Origin: Malacoraja senta
Lineage: Eukaryota
Assembly: GCA_038087875.1 (NCBI GenBank)
Contig: JAXLNO010000033.1
Location: 124,001-188,000, forward strand
Direction: 5' to 3'
Length of the DNA: 64,000 nt
Under the pieces are notes generated by a model that saw only the letters and a program-made list of their open reading frames with translations, did no database searches and had not been told where the DNA came from. Below are positions 10,649-22,955 of the stretch, piece by piece. The translations under genes and the position numbers were made by a program. How positions within the stretch are numbered: the stretch's first letter is position 1; each line of letters starts with the position of its first letter.

Positions 10649-11799
10649 GGTTCTTTATTAGTCACATACACCAATTGGTGTATTGAAATGCGTATTGCCA
10701 TTGCAGCACATAAAAAAATAATACAACATAACAGTAATAAAGACATTTAAACATAAAAAACATCCCCCCACAATTGTTCCCATTATGAGGGAAGGCACAA
10801 AGTCCAGTCCCCATCCCCATGTCCACCCATAGTCGCGCCTATTGAGGCCTCCGCAGTCGCCTTTACAGAGGCCCGATGTTCCAGGCCGTTCTCGCCGGAT
10901 GATGGTGCTCCGGCGTCGGGAGAATCCTCTCAGCGGCATGGGAAACCTGGAACGGCCGCCTCCTTACCAGAGACCGCGGCTTCCAAAGCCGACAGGCCGC
11001 GCTAGATGGAGCTCCACCACTGGCGATCTCGGCGAGAGATCCCAGGTTCCCGATGTTCATCAGAGCCGCCGCCCGCAGCTGGCCGCTACACTGCCCCACA
11101 GCTCCGCGATGTTCATCGTTGGTCTCAGCATACCAGAGTTCCAGCGTGGTGACCCGGGCAAGGCATCGCCTGCTCCGCGATAGCGCTCCAGCGCTGTGCC
11201 GCCGTCGAAGCCGAGGTTCTGGCCGGTCCCCTCAGGAAACGTCGCTCCAGACCCGCTGGTAGGCTGCGAGGACGGGTCAAAGATGCTACCTGGAGAAAAG
11301 CCGCCTCTCCGACCAGATAGGGACCCTGAAAAGCAGTTCCCCCCCACCCCCACATAAAAAAGATTAGAGCTCCGAAAAACAAAAACTCAACTAACTAAAA
11401 ATTAAAAAAAGAAGTGAAAAAACGGACAGCTGCAGGCTGTGGCCTGAGGAGGTGGCGAAAATGTCGGAGCATTATCTGCTGTATGGGACGGCTAGGGGGA
11501 CTCTGTCCCTGTCACAATTGGGGGGAAGGGGAGCAAGAGCGGAGCTGCAGGATACCAAAGAGTTCTTCTGTCCCTAATCAATGGGACATCTCGGATGTCC
11601 TGGTATGGAACACCTCATCTTGGGAGCAGATGCGGCGTAGTCGGAGGATTTTGGAAGTAGGGGATAGAGCCTTTACAGGAAGCAGGGTGGTAAGACAAGG
11701 AGTCTAGATAGCTGTGGGAGTCATTGGGTTTATAATAAATGTCAGTTGATAGTCTGTCTCCTGTGATGGAGACGGTGAGATTAAGAAAAGGTAGGAGAT

Positions 11800-12903
11800 G
11801 GCTACTCAGACTGACTTACGTAATCAAGTTCTAGGTAATATGAATCGCATATTAGGCGGAGCAACTACAAAAAAACACTACATTTGGTTAGTAGCAAATA
11901 ACCAATCTACAACCATGTTGATAAGAGGTCTGAATGCTGCTGTTAAAAACAAGGAGATGTGGTCAGAGTGGCCCAGATGGGGGAGAGGTGATGCTTTGTA
12001 CCCTTGTTTAATGATACTATAAACATGGTCAAGTATGTTTTTTCCTCTTGTGGGGCACTGCCATGTTAATAAAATTTTGGGAGGACAGTCTTTAGTTTTG
12101 CTTGGTTAAAATCACCCGCTATTATAAAAAACTCCGTCAGGATGGGCGCACTGTTGTCTGCTAATGGCGGTTAGCAGATAGTCCAAAGCTGTTATAGTAT
12201 TAGCATCTGGTGGTATGTAGACAGCTGTGATTATGGCAACCGTGAATTCTCGTGGCATATAGAAAGGGAGACATTTTATTGATACATATTCCAAGTCCGA
12301 AATTACCTTTACATTTGTGCACCTGTTGTTTGTATATACACAAAGTCCTCCTCCACTGCTCTTACCGGAGTCTCTGTTCCTGTCGTAGCGGTGAGATGCG
12401 CAGCCTGATAGCCTCCTCCGGGATCATCGGGTTAAGCCACGTTTCCATAATGACCATAACGCAGCAGTTCTGTATGTTTTTCTGCGTAGATGTGAAAAGT
12501 TCCAGCTCTTCCATCTTGTTGGCAAGTGATTTTGCATTTGTGATGAAAAGACTTGACAATGGAGGTTTGTGCGGATCTTTTCCAAGCCCAGCATGTATCC
12601 CAGCTCGGCAGCCTCACTTTTGTTTCCTCTCTCTGCGTCACCTTCGTTGCTTTCCGGGTGGGACAGTAATCCACGGAGATCCCGGCGGTCTGACGAGCTC
12701 TGGCGGAATGTTGTGTCCAAAGTTTGCCTTATTGGAAACACAGGCACTGTGCATCGAACCGATATTTAGTAATTTGTGTCGGTTGCGTGATATGTTAACG
12801 TATGCATACGTGGCACTCAATAATAAATAAACTAAAATAATACTAATTAAGGAGCGCCGGCTCGAGGAGTGTTGAGCCGCTGCATGTACGTGCGCCGCCA
12901 AGA
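11800..12903 (-). mobile_element. Rex1/Babar-type LINE, 5' end and APE domain
   Basis: SLFITNAKSLANKMEEL, CCVMVIMETWL, PFYMPREFT..IITAVYIPPDAN, CPTRGKNILDHVY, HLGHSDH; GC-rich 5' end TGGCGGCGCACG. Confidence 0.8.
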
Positions 12904-13199
12904 CAGAAGAGACACAGTCGCATCTCCTCGACCAGCTAAGGGAGAGTGTCCTGTGAAATACGGCCCCCAGCAATAGCTGGGAGACGTCGGCATCAATGAG
13001 GGGAAAAAACAAAATAAAATAAACAAACCAATTTCTGAACCGGGCGTGGAGATGCAGTGAACACAAAAGGAACAGTAACAACACAAATTACAGTGCAATC
13101 AGTGGCCAAAGTTCAAATTGTCCAGTGTTTAGTGCAGGATAGGAAAGCTGTGCAGCGTTGCAGTGACAGCCTCCGACCTGACGGTGGCGCCGTTGTCGG

Positions 13200-13358
13200 T
13201 AGTCAGGCTGCAGGGACTGCATCCGGCTGGAAGGTGGCGCTGTGGACGGCGGTGAGGCTGCAGTGACGGCATCCGGCTGGAAGGTGGCGCTGTGGACGGC
13301 GGTGAGGCTGCAGTGACGGCATCCGGCCGGAAGGTGGCGCTGTGAATGGCGGTCAGGT
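13200..13358. repeat. 50-bp tandem repeat, ~3 copies
   Basis: Unit GGCATCCGGCTGGAAGGTGGCGCTGTGGACGGCGGTGAGGCTGCAGTGAC. Confidence 0.9.
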
Positions 13359-14455
13359 GAGTTCGAGCTTCTCAGCGGCCATTTTTGTAGCCGGGGCGGC
13401 TGCTTGTTCAGGAGGCCGCGGCGGCCATTTTGCCGGCCGGCTGAGGCGGCCTTCACCAGCAATTGAATCCCTGGGCCGGACAGGCAGCCAGCCAGCGCCC
13501 AGGGATCTTCGGAGTCCACGCCGGTGAGGAGGAGAAGGGCGTCTTCGGCAGGCGCCCCAGGTAAGCCCGCCCCATCGGGTGGCCAGGCCCTCGGCAGCGG
13601 CCGGCGGGGCCAGGTGCAGTGCAGGGCGTGGAGCCATGGCTGCAGTGAGGCCAGGTGCAGTGCTGGGCGTGGAGCCGCGGCGAGCCTGTTGCAGTGCCGG
13701 GTCCGCGGTGAGGTGAGGCCGGGGCAGGGCCTGGAGCGGAGAAGCCCGGTGCAGTGCAGGGCATGGAGCCGTGTTCACGGTGCGAGGCCGGGGCCAGGTC
13801 CGTTGTCGGGAGTGGGAGAGCGGCGGGTACTCTCTCTGCTCCCGGGCCCGTCGTGCGTGTGTAGGCGTTGCTGTGGGCAGGAGGCTGCTACGCTCGCAGC
13901 TCCTGCAGCAGCTGGTGGGGAAGCGGCGGCAGGTAAAACCTCTCCGCTCCGGTGGTCGTCTCCGGGTAGGTCATGCGGGGGAGCTCGGCGGCCGTCACAC
14001 AAGGCAGCCTGCCCCGTGGCCGGGAGCGGGAGAGCGGCGGCAGCAGCAGCTGGTGGGGAAGAGGCGGCATCCCAGATGTAGCGGCATACCTCACTGCAGG
14101 GCCAGTTTGGCGGCAGCATAGTTCTGCAGGGCTGGGCAGCCGGCTGTAGACATCAGGTCTCCCTCCCGAGGCTGCGTGCGTCAGGTAAAATCCAAATTTC
14201 AATTTGGACAGTCGGGGGGGCACCAGACATGGTGAATAAAGGTGAGACATCAGGACGGTTCAAAGAGTCGTTTATTCAGTGGTGACACGTTAGGTTGGTG
14301 CTAACTATAATAACAGTGTTACTGTAGCTGAGCGAGGTTGTTCACTCAGGCTCAGCTACCGGTTGAATACCTTAAGGTCTCGAGGTGAGATGACCTTAAG
14401 TACCAGGACACTCCCTCTAGCCCATGACGTCACGTGCCCGCCCTCGTACTTCCTG

Positions 14456-17400
14456 TGATTAATATTTTTATTAGAAGCAAACATATTATAAAGTATAGTA
14501 AAATATTATAATAGAAAAAAAAAACTTTTCATATACATCAATCATACATTATTAAATTTGTCAATTGTCGATTAATTCTGCTTCTAGTGTTTTTTTAATA
14601 TAGATAGAAAAAGAGAGATAGAAAGAAAAAAGCATTTCAAATATCAACAAAAAAAAAAGAGGTGGAATTACTTATAATACGTCATTGGAGATAAGTTCGT
14701 AGGTTATGAAATATAATTTTACATCTAATCCTGAGTTCAAGCTTCAGTTGGGCTTTCGTGCTGGACCCATCTATCCCTTCAAATAGTTAATGAATGGAGC
14801 CCATATTTTAACAAAAAGTTCTTGTTTGTCCATTAAGACAAGTCTAATTCTTTCTAGATGTAGGGTCTCCGACATTTCCACAATCCACATTTTAATTGTG
14901 GGGGTTATAGGACCTTTCCAAAATTTTAATATTAATTTTTCCCCAGTTATTATACTGTAGTCAAGGAAGTTTCTTTGGCTTGTTGTGAGTGTTAAACTTT
15001 GTTCTGATATCCCAAGTATTATTAATTTTGAGTCTGGATCCAATTTTGTATTAACAACTTCAGAAATTATTTGAAAAATATCAATCCAGAAATTTTTAAT
15101 TTTTATACAAGTTGCAAAAGTATGTCTTAAATTGGCCTCTAGATGCAGGCATTTATCACAGATAGGAGAAATATGTGGGAAGATTCTATTTAGTTTTATT
15201 TTGGAGTAATGTAATCTGTGTAAGACTTTAAATTGTATTAAAGCATGTCTGGCATTTAACGAGCATTGATGTATATGTTGTAAACTTTCGTCCCAAATGT
15301 CTTTCGTTATAGAATGACCTAACTCATTTTCCCATGTGTGTCTATATAGTTCCATCGGTGGTACCTCATTGTTTAAGAGGGTGTTATAAATATAAGCTAT
15401 TAATTTTTCAGTGTTAGGATGCTTATTCAAACATTCATCAAGAATTTCTGGTTCCCTAGTCCTATATACTTGTGTATTAGATTTAACATAATCTCTAATT
15501 TGTAGGTATCTGAAAAAATTACTTGAGTGTAGTCCATGATTCTGTTGTAACTCTTGAAATGACAGAAAGATGCCTTCCCTATAAAGATGTCCAATCTTTT
15601 TAATTCCATAATTTGTCCATTGTATAAAACCTCTATCCAATATGGATGGCTTGAATAAAGGATTATTTACAATGGGAAGACATAGTGGTATATTATTCTG
15701 TTTTAAAGCATTTTTTAAATTGTTTCCAAATTCGTATTCCACTATGTATTATAGGGTTTCCCTTATAGGTTTTTTAATGCAATTTTGTGGGAGCAAATAT
15801 AATCAAACCAATTTCAAAAGGTAAACAGTCTTCCTTTTCCATCCTTAACCAATCTGGATATTGATCCATTTCTTCCAGCCAGAAATTCATGTTTTTAATA
15901 TGGACTGCCCAAAAATAAAATAAGAAATTTGGCAAAGCCAAACCTCCGTTGTTCTTTGACTTACATAAATGTTTTTTACTTATTCTATGATTCTTATAAT
16001 CCCAAATAAAGCTTGTAACAATGGAATCGACTTTTTTGAAAATGTTTTTGGGGATATATATCGGAATTAATTGAAATAGGTACAGTAGTTGCGGTAAGAA
16101 GATCATTTTTATAGCATTAATTCTACCAAGCATTGAAATGAGAATTGTTTTCCAGTACTGAATATTCTTGTGTACCTTATTAAGTAAGGATGGAAAATTT
16201 AGTTTAAATAAAGAGGTATATGTCTTAGTTACATAGATTCCTAAATATTTAAGTTTATCTTTAACTATTTTAAAAGGGGATTGTTGCAATGTATTTAAAT
16301 TGAATTTTGTTATTGGCATGATTTCACTTTTATTCCAGTTAATTCTATATCCTGAGAACTGACCAAATTGAGTTATTAGATTTAATAGATTTGGAATACT
16401 AGTTTCTAACTTTGTGATATATATTAGTACATCATCTGCATATAAGGAAATTGTATTCCTTGTATCTCTAGTGTTGTACCCGTGTATTCCTGGATGGGTT
16501 CTAACGCTTTCTGCTAATGGTTCAATTGCAAGAGCAAATAATAGTGGGGATAGTGAGCATCCTTGTCTGCAACCTCTAGAAAGATTAAATTTAGCTGATA
16601 ACAGTTGGTTTGTTAATATTCTAGCTGTTGGATTGGAATATAACAGTTTAACCCATGTACAGTACTTCTCTCCTAGTTGAAATTTTTCCATTACCGAAAA
16701 TAAATATGACCATTCTACCTGGGCAAATGCTTTTTCAGCATCTAACGATATAATTGCTAGGTCTGCATTAGGAATTCTATTTGTATATATAATATTGAAT
16801 AGTCTTCTCAAATTATAAAATGAGTAACGTTTTGGAATAAAACCAGTTTGGTCGGGGTGTATTAATTTGTTAATCACTAAGCTCAATCTATGAGATAGGA
16901 TTTTGGTTAATATTTTTTGATCAGTATTTAAGAGAGCTATTGCTCTATATGAACCTGGGTCTTCAGGATCCTTATCCGTTTTTGGTATAAGTATGATTGT
17001 AGATTCATTTAGAGTTTCTGTTGAGTGTAAGCGTATTTGTATAGTGTCTGTAGACGTGGAGAAATCAGATCGTAATTTTTTAAATAAAATTCAGAGCTTA
17101 GACCATCAGGACCTGTGGCCTTTCCGTTTTTTAAAGAACTAATTGACTCTTCGATGTCTTTTACCGTAATTTCTGCATCTAGTGATTCTCTTTCTGATCT
17201 AAACCTGTAAGGTTACATTTCTGTAGAAATGTTTCCATTCCTGCTGATTGTTCTGTCGTTTTAGATGAGTACAGTTTTTGATAGTATTGTAAAAATCTAT
17301 CATTAATATCTTTAGGCAGTGTTAATATTTCTCCCTTGTCTGATCTAATTTTGTAAATTGTTTTTTCCCCGTCCAGTTTACGAAGTTGACGCGCAAATAG

Positions 17401-18524
17401 TTTTTGTGGTTTATCACCAAATTCAAAGTTTAATTGTTTTGTATGTTGATATAGTTTTATAACTTGGTCTGAGTATATCTTGTTTAACTTATATTTCAGT
17501 TCTGCAATTTTATTGTGTTTTGCCATAGATGGTGCTATTGCATTTTCTATGTCTAATTGCCTTATTTCCATTTCCAAAGTCTGTTTGGCCCTATTCTCTT
17601 TGTTATGAAATGATTGTGAAGAGATTAATGCTCCTCGCACAAATGCTTTAAATGTTTCCCAAAGAAGGGAGGCAGAGATTCCAGGGCTATCATTAGCCTC
17701 AAAAACATATTAATCTGTTTTACGAGATATTCATTACATAGTTTTTCTTTTAAGATTTGGGGGTTAAGTCTCCATTGTGACTGTGTCTCGGTCATTCCAT
17801 TTAGTTTAATCATAAATGTTAGTGGAGCATGGTCTGATATTATAATATTATGATATTGCGAATTATAGGTAAATGGGATAAGTTTAGAGTCTACTGAAAA
17901 GTAGTCTATTCTTGAGTAAGTTTTGTGCACTGGTGAGTAAAATGAGTATTCTCGACCAGATGGATTTTCAATTCTCCAAACATCCTTAATGTTGGTAGTA
18001 TTAATATATGAATTTAGAAATTCACTTGACTGAGATTTTAATTTTCTTTGATTTGATGATCTATCCAAGTAAGCATCCAGTGTACAATTTAAGTCTCCAC
18101 CGATAATTAAGTTATGTTGTGTACATTCCGGGATAATGTTAAGTATTCTCTTAAAAAACAGGGGGCTTTCAAAATTTGGTCCATACACATTAAGGAGAGT
18201 CACTTTTTTTGAATATAACTCCCCTACTAATACAATATATCTGCCTTCAATATCTTCTATCGTTGATATATGTTTAAAGGGTATACCTTTACGAATTAAT
18301 ATTGCAACCCCTCTAGATTTATGTGTGAATGAAGAGTGATACGCTTTAGCAATCCTTTTTGTTTTCAATCTATGTTGTGCTTCCTTTTTAAGATGTGTTT
18401 CCTGGAAAAATATTATATCTGCTTTAAGTGATTTTAAATGAGCTAATACTTCACCTCTCTTGATTGTTTCATTAATTCCCTTAACATTCCAACTACAGAA
18501 TTTAATTCCTTCACCCCCAATTTT
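14456..18524 (-). mobile_element. L1 copy B: nearly whole disrupted ORF2 plus 3'UTR, 5'-truncated
   Basis: ORFs 17625-18368 (APE), 17179-17640, 15774-16886 (RT: SLDAEKAF, RQGCSLSPLLF, LYADD), 14771-15742 (ICDKC...H...C); 18-bp TSD CCGCCCTCGTACTTCCTG at 14438-14455 and 18525-18542. Confidence 0.95.
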
Positions 18525-19306
18525 CCGCCCTCGTACTTCCTGACGAGGGTTCGAGCATAAGTGGCCCGTGTATAGGCTGACGCCACAACATCTCCGATGC
18601 CCAGGTATGTAAAAACCTCACCCTGCGCACATTTACGGCATAGACAGAGGAATTGGGAGTAGGGGATAGAGTCTTTACAGGAAGCAGGGTGGGAAGAAGT
18701 GTAGTTAAGATATCTAAGGGAGTCAGTAGGTTTGTAGTAGACGTCAGTCAATAGTTTGTTTCCTGTGATGGAGACGGTGAGATCCAGAAGGGGTAGGGAG
18801 ATGTCGGAGATGGTCCAAGTGAATTTAAGTGCAGGATGGAAATTAGTGGTGAAGTTGATGAAGTCAGTGACTTCTGCATGGGTGCAGGAGGTAGCACTAA
18901 AGCAGTCATCATGTAGTGGAGGTAGAGTTTGGGGATAGGGCCAGTGTATGCCTCAACAGGGATTGTTCGAAGTACCCTACAAAGAGGCAGGCATAGCTGG
19001 GGCCCATGAGAGTGCCTATAGCTACGCCTTGGATTTGGAGGAAGTGGGAGGAGTCGAAGGAGAAGTTGTTGAGGGTAAGGTCCCGCTCTGCTAGGCAGAC
19101 GAGAGTATTGGTAAACGGAAATTGGCTGTTTCTGTGGTCGAGGAAGAAAGGGAGGGCTTTAAGATCCTCCTGGTGGGGGATGGAGGTGTAGAGTGACTGG
19201 ACATCCATAGTAAAGATGAGGGAGTGTGGGCCTGGAAAACGGAAGTCATTGAGGAGACGAAGAGTGCGTGAGGTGTCTTGGACATAGATAGGGAGGGATT
19301 GGACCA

Positions 19307-21802
19307 TAGAGTCATGGAGTGACACTGTGTGGAAAAAGGCCCTTTGGCCCAACTCGCCCACACCGGCCAACAATGTCCCGGCTACCCTAGTCCCACTTGC
19401 CTGCGCTTGGTCCATATCCATGTACCTGTCCAGCTGTTTCTTAAACAATGTGATAGTCCCAGCCTCAAATACCTCCTCTGGCAGCTTGTTCCCCTTCGGA
19501 TTTCTATTAAATCTTGTCCCCTTCACCTTGAATCTATGTCATCTGGTCCTCGATTACCCTACTCTGTGTAAACGTCTGTGCATCCACCCGATCTATTCCT
19601 CTCATGATTGTGTATACCTCCATATCATCTCTCCACATCCTGCAATGCTCCATGGAGTAGAGAACCAGCCTACTTAACCTCTCCCTATAGCTGACACCCT
19701 TTGGTCCTGTCAACATCCTCGTAAATCTTTTCTGAACTCTTTCAAGCTTGACAATATCTTTCCTATAACATGGTGCCCAGAACTGAACACAATATTCTAA
19801 ATGCAGTCTCACCAACGTCTTATACAACTACAACATGACCTCACAACTTCTATACTCAATACTCTGACTGATGAAGGCCAATGTGCCAAAAGCCTTTTTG
19901 ACCACCTTATCTACCTGCGACTCGACCTTGAAGTAACCATATACTTGTACTCCTAGATCCCTCTGCTCTGCAACGCTACCCAGAGGCCTACCATTTACTG
20001 TGTAGGTCCTGCCCTTGTTCGACATCCCAAAATGCAACACCTCACGCTTCTCAGTATTAAATTCCATCAACCATTCCTCTGCCCACCTGGCCAATCGATC
20101 CAGATCCTGCTGCAATCGTTCACAACCTTCTTCACTATCTGCAAAACCACTAACTTTTGTATCATCAGCAAACTTACTAATCTTGCCCTGTATGTTCTCA
20201 TCCAAATCATTGATGTAGATGACAAACAGTAACGGGCACAACAACGAACCCTGAACCACACCACTAGTCACAGGCCTCCAGTCCGAGAAGCAACCTTCCA
20301 CTTTTACCCTCTGCTTCCTTCCATGGAGCCAATTTGCTATCCATTCAGCTATCTCTCCTTGGACCCCATGATATCTAACTTTCCAGAGCAACCTACCATG
20401 CGGCACCTTGTCGAACCCCTTACTAAAGTCCATGTACGCAACATCTACAGCTCTGCCCTCATCAACCTTTTTGCTCACGTCTTCAAAAAAATCAATTAGA
20501 GTTGTGAGACATGACCTCCCACGTACAAAACCATGCTGACTGTCCCTAATCAGCCCTTGCCCATCCAAATGCCTGTATATGCTATCCCTCAGAATACTCT
20601 CCAGTAACTTACCAACTACAGATGTTAAGCTCACCGGCCTATAGTTCCCAGCATTTTCTTTGCAGACCAATTTGAAAAGAGGCACAACATTTGCCATCCT
20701 CCAAACTTCTGGCACCTCTCCTGTATTTAAGGACGACTCATAAAGTTCAACCAAGGCTCCCGGAATTTCCACTCTAATTTCCGGCAATGTCCTCGGATAT
20801 ATCTCATCAGGCCCCGGAGAGTTGTCTGCCTTCCAACACCTTCAGTACTTCCTCGACGGTAAACCTGACTGCTCTCATGACACTTCCAGTGACTGCTCCA
20901 ATTTCCTCCGTCCTACTGTCTTTCTCCTTGGTAAATAGAGGAGAAATACTCATTGAGGACCTTGCCCATCTCCTTTGGCTCCACACAGAGGTGACCACTT
21001 TTATTCCTGAGAGGTTCCATTCTCTCTCTAGTTACCCTTTTCCCCCTTATGTCATCTCCTTTTGGGATTGTCTTTTATGCTACCCACCAGAGTTATCCCA
21101 TGGCCCCTTTTTGCCCTTCTGCCCTAAGTTTGCTCCTTAGTTCCCAAAACGCCTCCAGGGATGCACTTGATCCCAGCTGCCTATACCTGTCCCATACATC
21201 CTTCTTGTTTTTGACAAGCTTCCTTCCTTTTGACCCAAGCTTCCTTAAATTTGCCTGCTTTGCCTTTCACTCTAACGGGGAGGTATACACCCTGAGCTCT
21301 CTTTAGTACACTTTTTAAAAATCCCACGGCCGATGTTCCTTTCCCCTCAAATAACCTGCTCCAGTCAACTTGAGCTTGACCTTCTCTCATACCCTCAAAG
21401 TTGGCCATACTCCAGTTGAGCATTTTAACATGTGGACCCTCTCCGTCCCGATCCATAACTATTTTAAACCTAATCGAACTGTGGTTACTTGGCCCAAAAG
21501 GCTCCTCCACACACAGTTCATTAACTTGCCCTTTCCAATTTCCTAATACTAGATACAGCGTTGCCCTCTCACATGTGGGGGCCTCCACATACTGTTTAAG
21601 AAAACTCTCCTGAATACTTTTGAGGAATTGCACCCCATCTAAACCCTTCACGCTATGATTTTCCCAGTCTATATTGGGAAAGTTTAAATCCCCTACAACA
21701 ACAACCTTATTTAACCTGCAGCTGTCTGCAATCTCCCGGCACATTTGCTCTTCTAATTCCTGTTGACTATTTGGGGGTCTGTAGTACACCCCCAACAAGG
21801 TT
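19307..21802 (-). mobile_element. CR1 LINE, 5'-truncated ORF2 (APE part, RT, C-terminus) plus 3'UTR
   Basis: GVYYRPP, VVGDLNFP, NYRPVSLTSVVGK, QHGFVRGRSCLT, ISKFADDTK, YKTLVRLHLEYCVQFW; TSD GACCA at 19302-19306 and 21803-21807. Confidence 0.95.
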
Positions 21803-22955
21803 GACCAGGGCGGATAGGATAGAGTCGAGGTATGTGGAAATTAATTCGGTGGGACATGAACAAGCAGAAACAATGGGTCTGCCAGGACAGTTCTGTTTGT
21901 GGATTTTGGGGAGAAGATAAAATCGGGCCGTGTGGCGCTGGGGAACGATAAGGTTGGAGGCTTTAGAGGGCAGAGAGCTGGAAGTGATGAAATCAGTAAT
22001 GGTGCTTGAGATTAAGGCCTGATGCTCGTCTGTAGGGTGATGGTCCAAGGATAAGTAGGAGGAGGTGTCTGAGAGTTGTCCCTGGCCTCAGTCCGGTAGT
22101 GATCAGCACGCCAGACTACCACAGCACCTCCCTTGTCGGCGGGTTTGATTATCCAGTCGGGGTTGCTGCAGAGTGAGCTGAGGGCTGTACCTTCAGGGGG
22201 GGAGAGATTAGAGTGAGAAAGGGGAGTAGAAAATTTGAGGCGTTGATGTCCCGCCGGCAGTTGGAAAGGAAAAGGTCTAAAGAAGGTAGAGTGCCATCGG
22301 GGGGACGTCCAAGAGGAGGAAATTCATTGGAGACGGGAGAAGGGGTCATCACTGGGTGGTGAGGACTACCCATAGGAAAAGTCCTGGAGGCGGAGGCGAT
22401 GGAAGAAGAGCTCTACATCGTGGCGGACCCGGAACTCGTTGAGGTGGGGTCAGAGGGGAGCAAAGGTGAGGCCTCTGCTGAGGACAGACTGTTCCGTATC
22501 AGAAAGGAGGAGGTCAGGGGGGATGGTGAACACACGACAAGGGTGGGTCGGATGAGGGCAGGTGAGAAGATGGAGGCCAAGGTGGTGTCTGATGGGGGGA
22601 TGGTGGGTGTTCAGAGAGGACGGGGCAAGAGGACTATAGTATGGGTGGGGAGTAGCTGAGGTCACCTGGCTAAAAGGGGAAGGGGAAGACCCAGTGGAAC
22701 CCCCGCTGACGTTCCCTGTAGGAAGGGGAAGAGCAGTAATACCCAGCACAGTCAGGCCCCGTGGTGTGGGAGTCTGCATCATGGAGACTCTGGGCCTGGT
22801 GCTGAGCCTGGGACTCAGGTAAGGCAACGGCTGCGGCCCACTGTTGGGCGGTGGAATGACGAAGTTGGCCGAGTTGCTGGTGGAGGCCCACGGGGAGTTA
22901 AGTCCGGGTCAGTAGACAAAGAGTCGGTAGACGTCAGCGGATGGCCAGGGAGGCA

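Larger units (their letters stand above)
8476..11447 (-). mobile_element. GC-rich ~0.8-kb non-autonomous retroelement (body 10649-11447) with Rex1/Babar-type 3' tail; Gypsy inserted in its tail
   Basis: Flanked by 7-bp TSD GGAGGTG; 3' hairpin ATACACC-AATT-GGTGTAT (10666-10683) next to AATAAA; architecture shared with 40505-41385 and 46107-46922. Confidence 0.7.
8080..11797 (-). mobile_element. PLE copy A (RT C-terminus to GIY-YIG), split by nested insertions
   Basis: FQVRQRFTCT...IYCICCSRCGLIYISETERR (8080-8470) and TDIYYKP...LRLRRICSQDEVF (11450-11797); the halves rejoin across TSD GGAGGTG (8469-8475 and 11448-11454). Confidence 0.85.
12904..18590 (-). mobile_element. Second, non-autonomous Gypsy-like element: 5' LTR (14230-14455 plus 18543-18590) split by L1, PBS, GC-rich repetitive internal region; 3' part absent
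   Basis: Minus strand starts TGTTGTGGCG at 18590 and ends ...TTCACCA at 14230, with AATAAA inside; PBS-like TGGTGCCCCCC...GAC at 14211-14225; protease-end remnant DADVSQLLLGAVF at ~12955-13000. Confidence 0.7.

Noticed and set aside
13200..13358. Regular repeats as a CRISPR-like array (also 59750-60045)
   Set aside because: Head-to-tail units with no unique spacers, in a eukaryotic context with no cas genes.
13057..14250. Many overlapping 100-185 aa ORFs on both strands
   Set aside because: By-product of GC-rich repetitive DNA with few stop codons; no recognisable domain.
2674..18524. L1 copies A and B as two halves of one element
   Set aside because: Both contain the same ORF2 N-terminal segment with different sequence, the order is wrong, and copy B has its own TSD.
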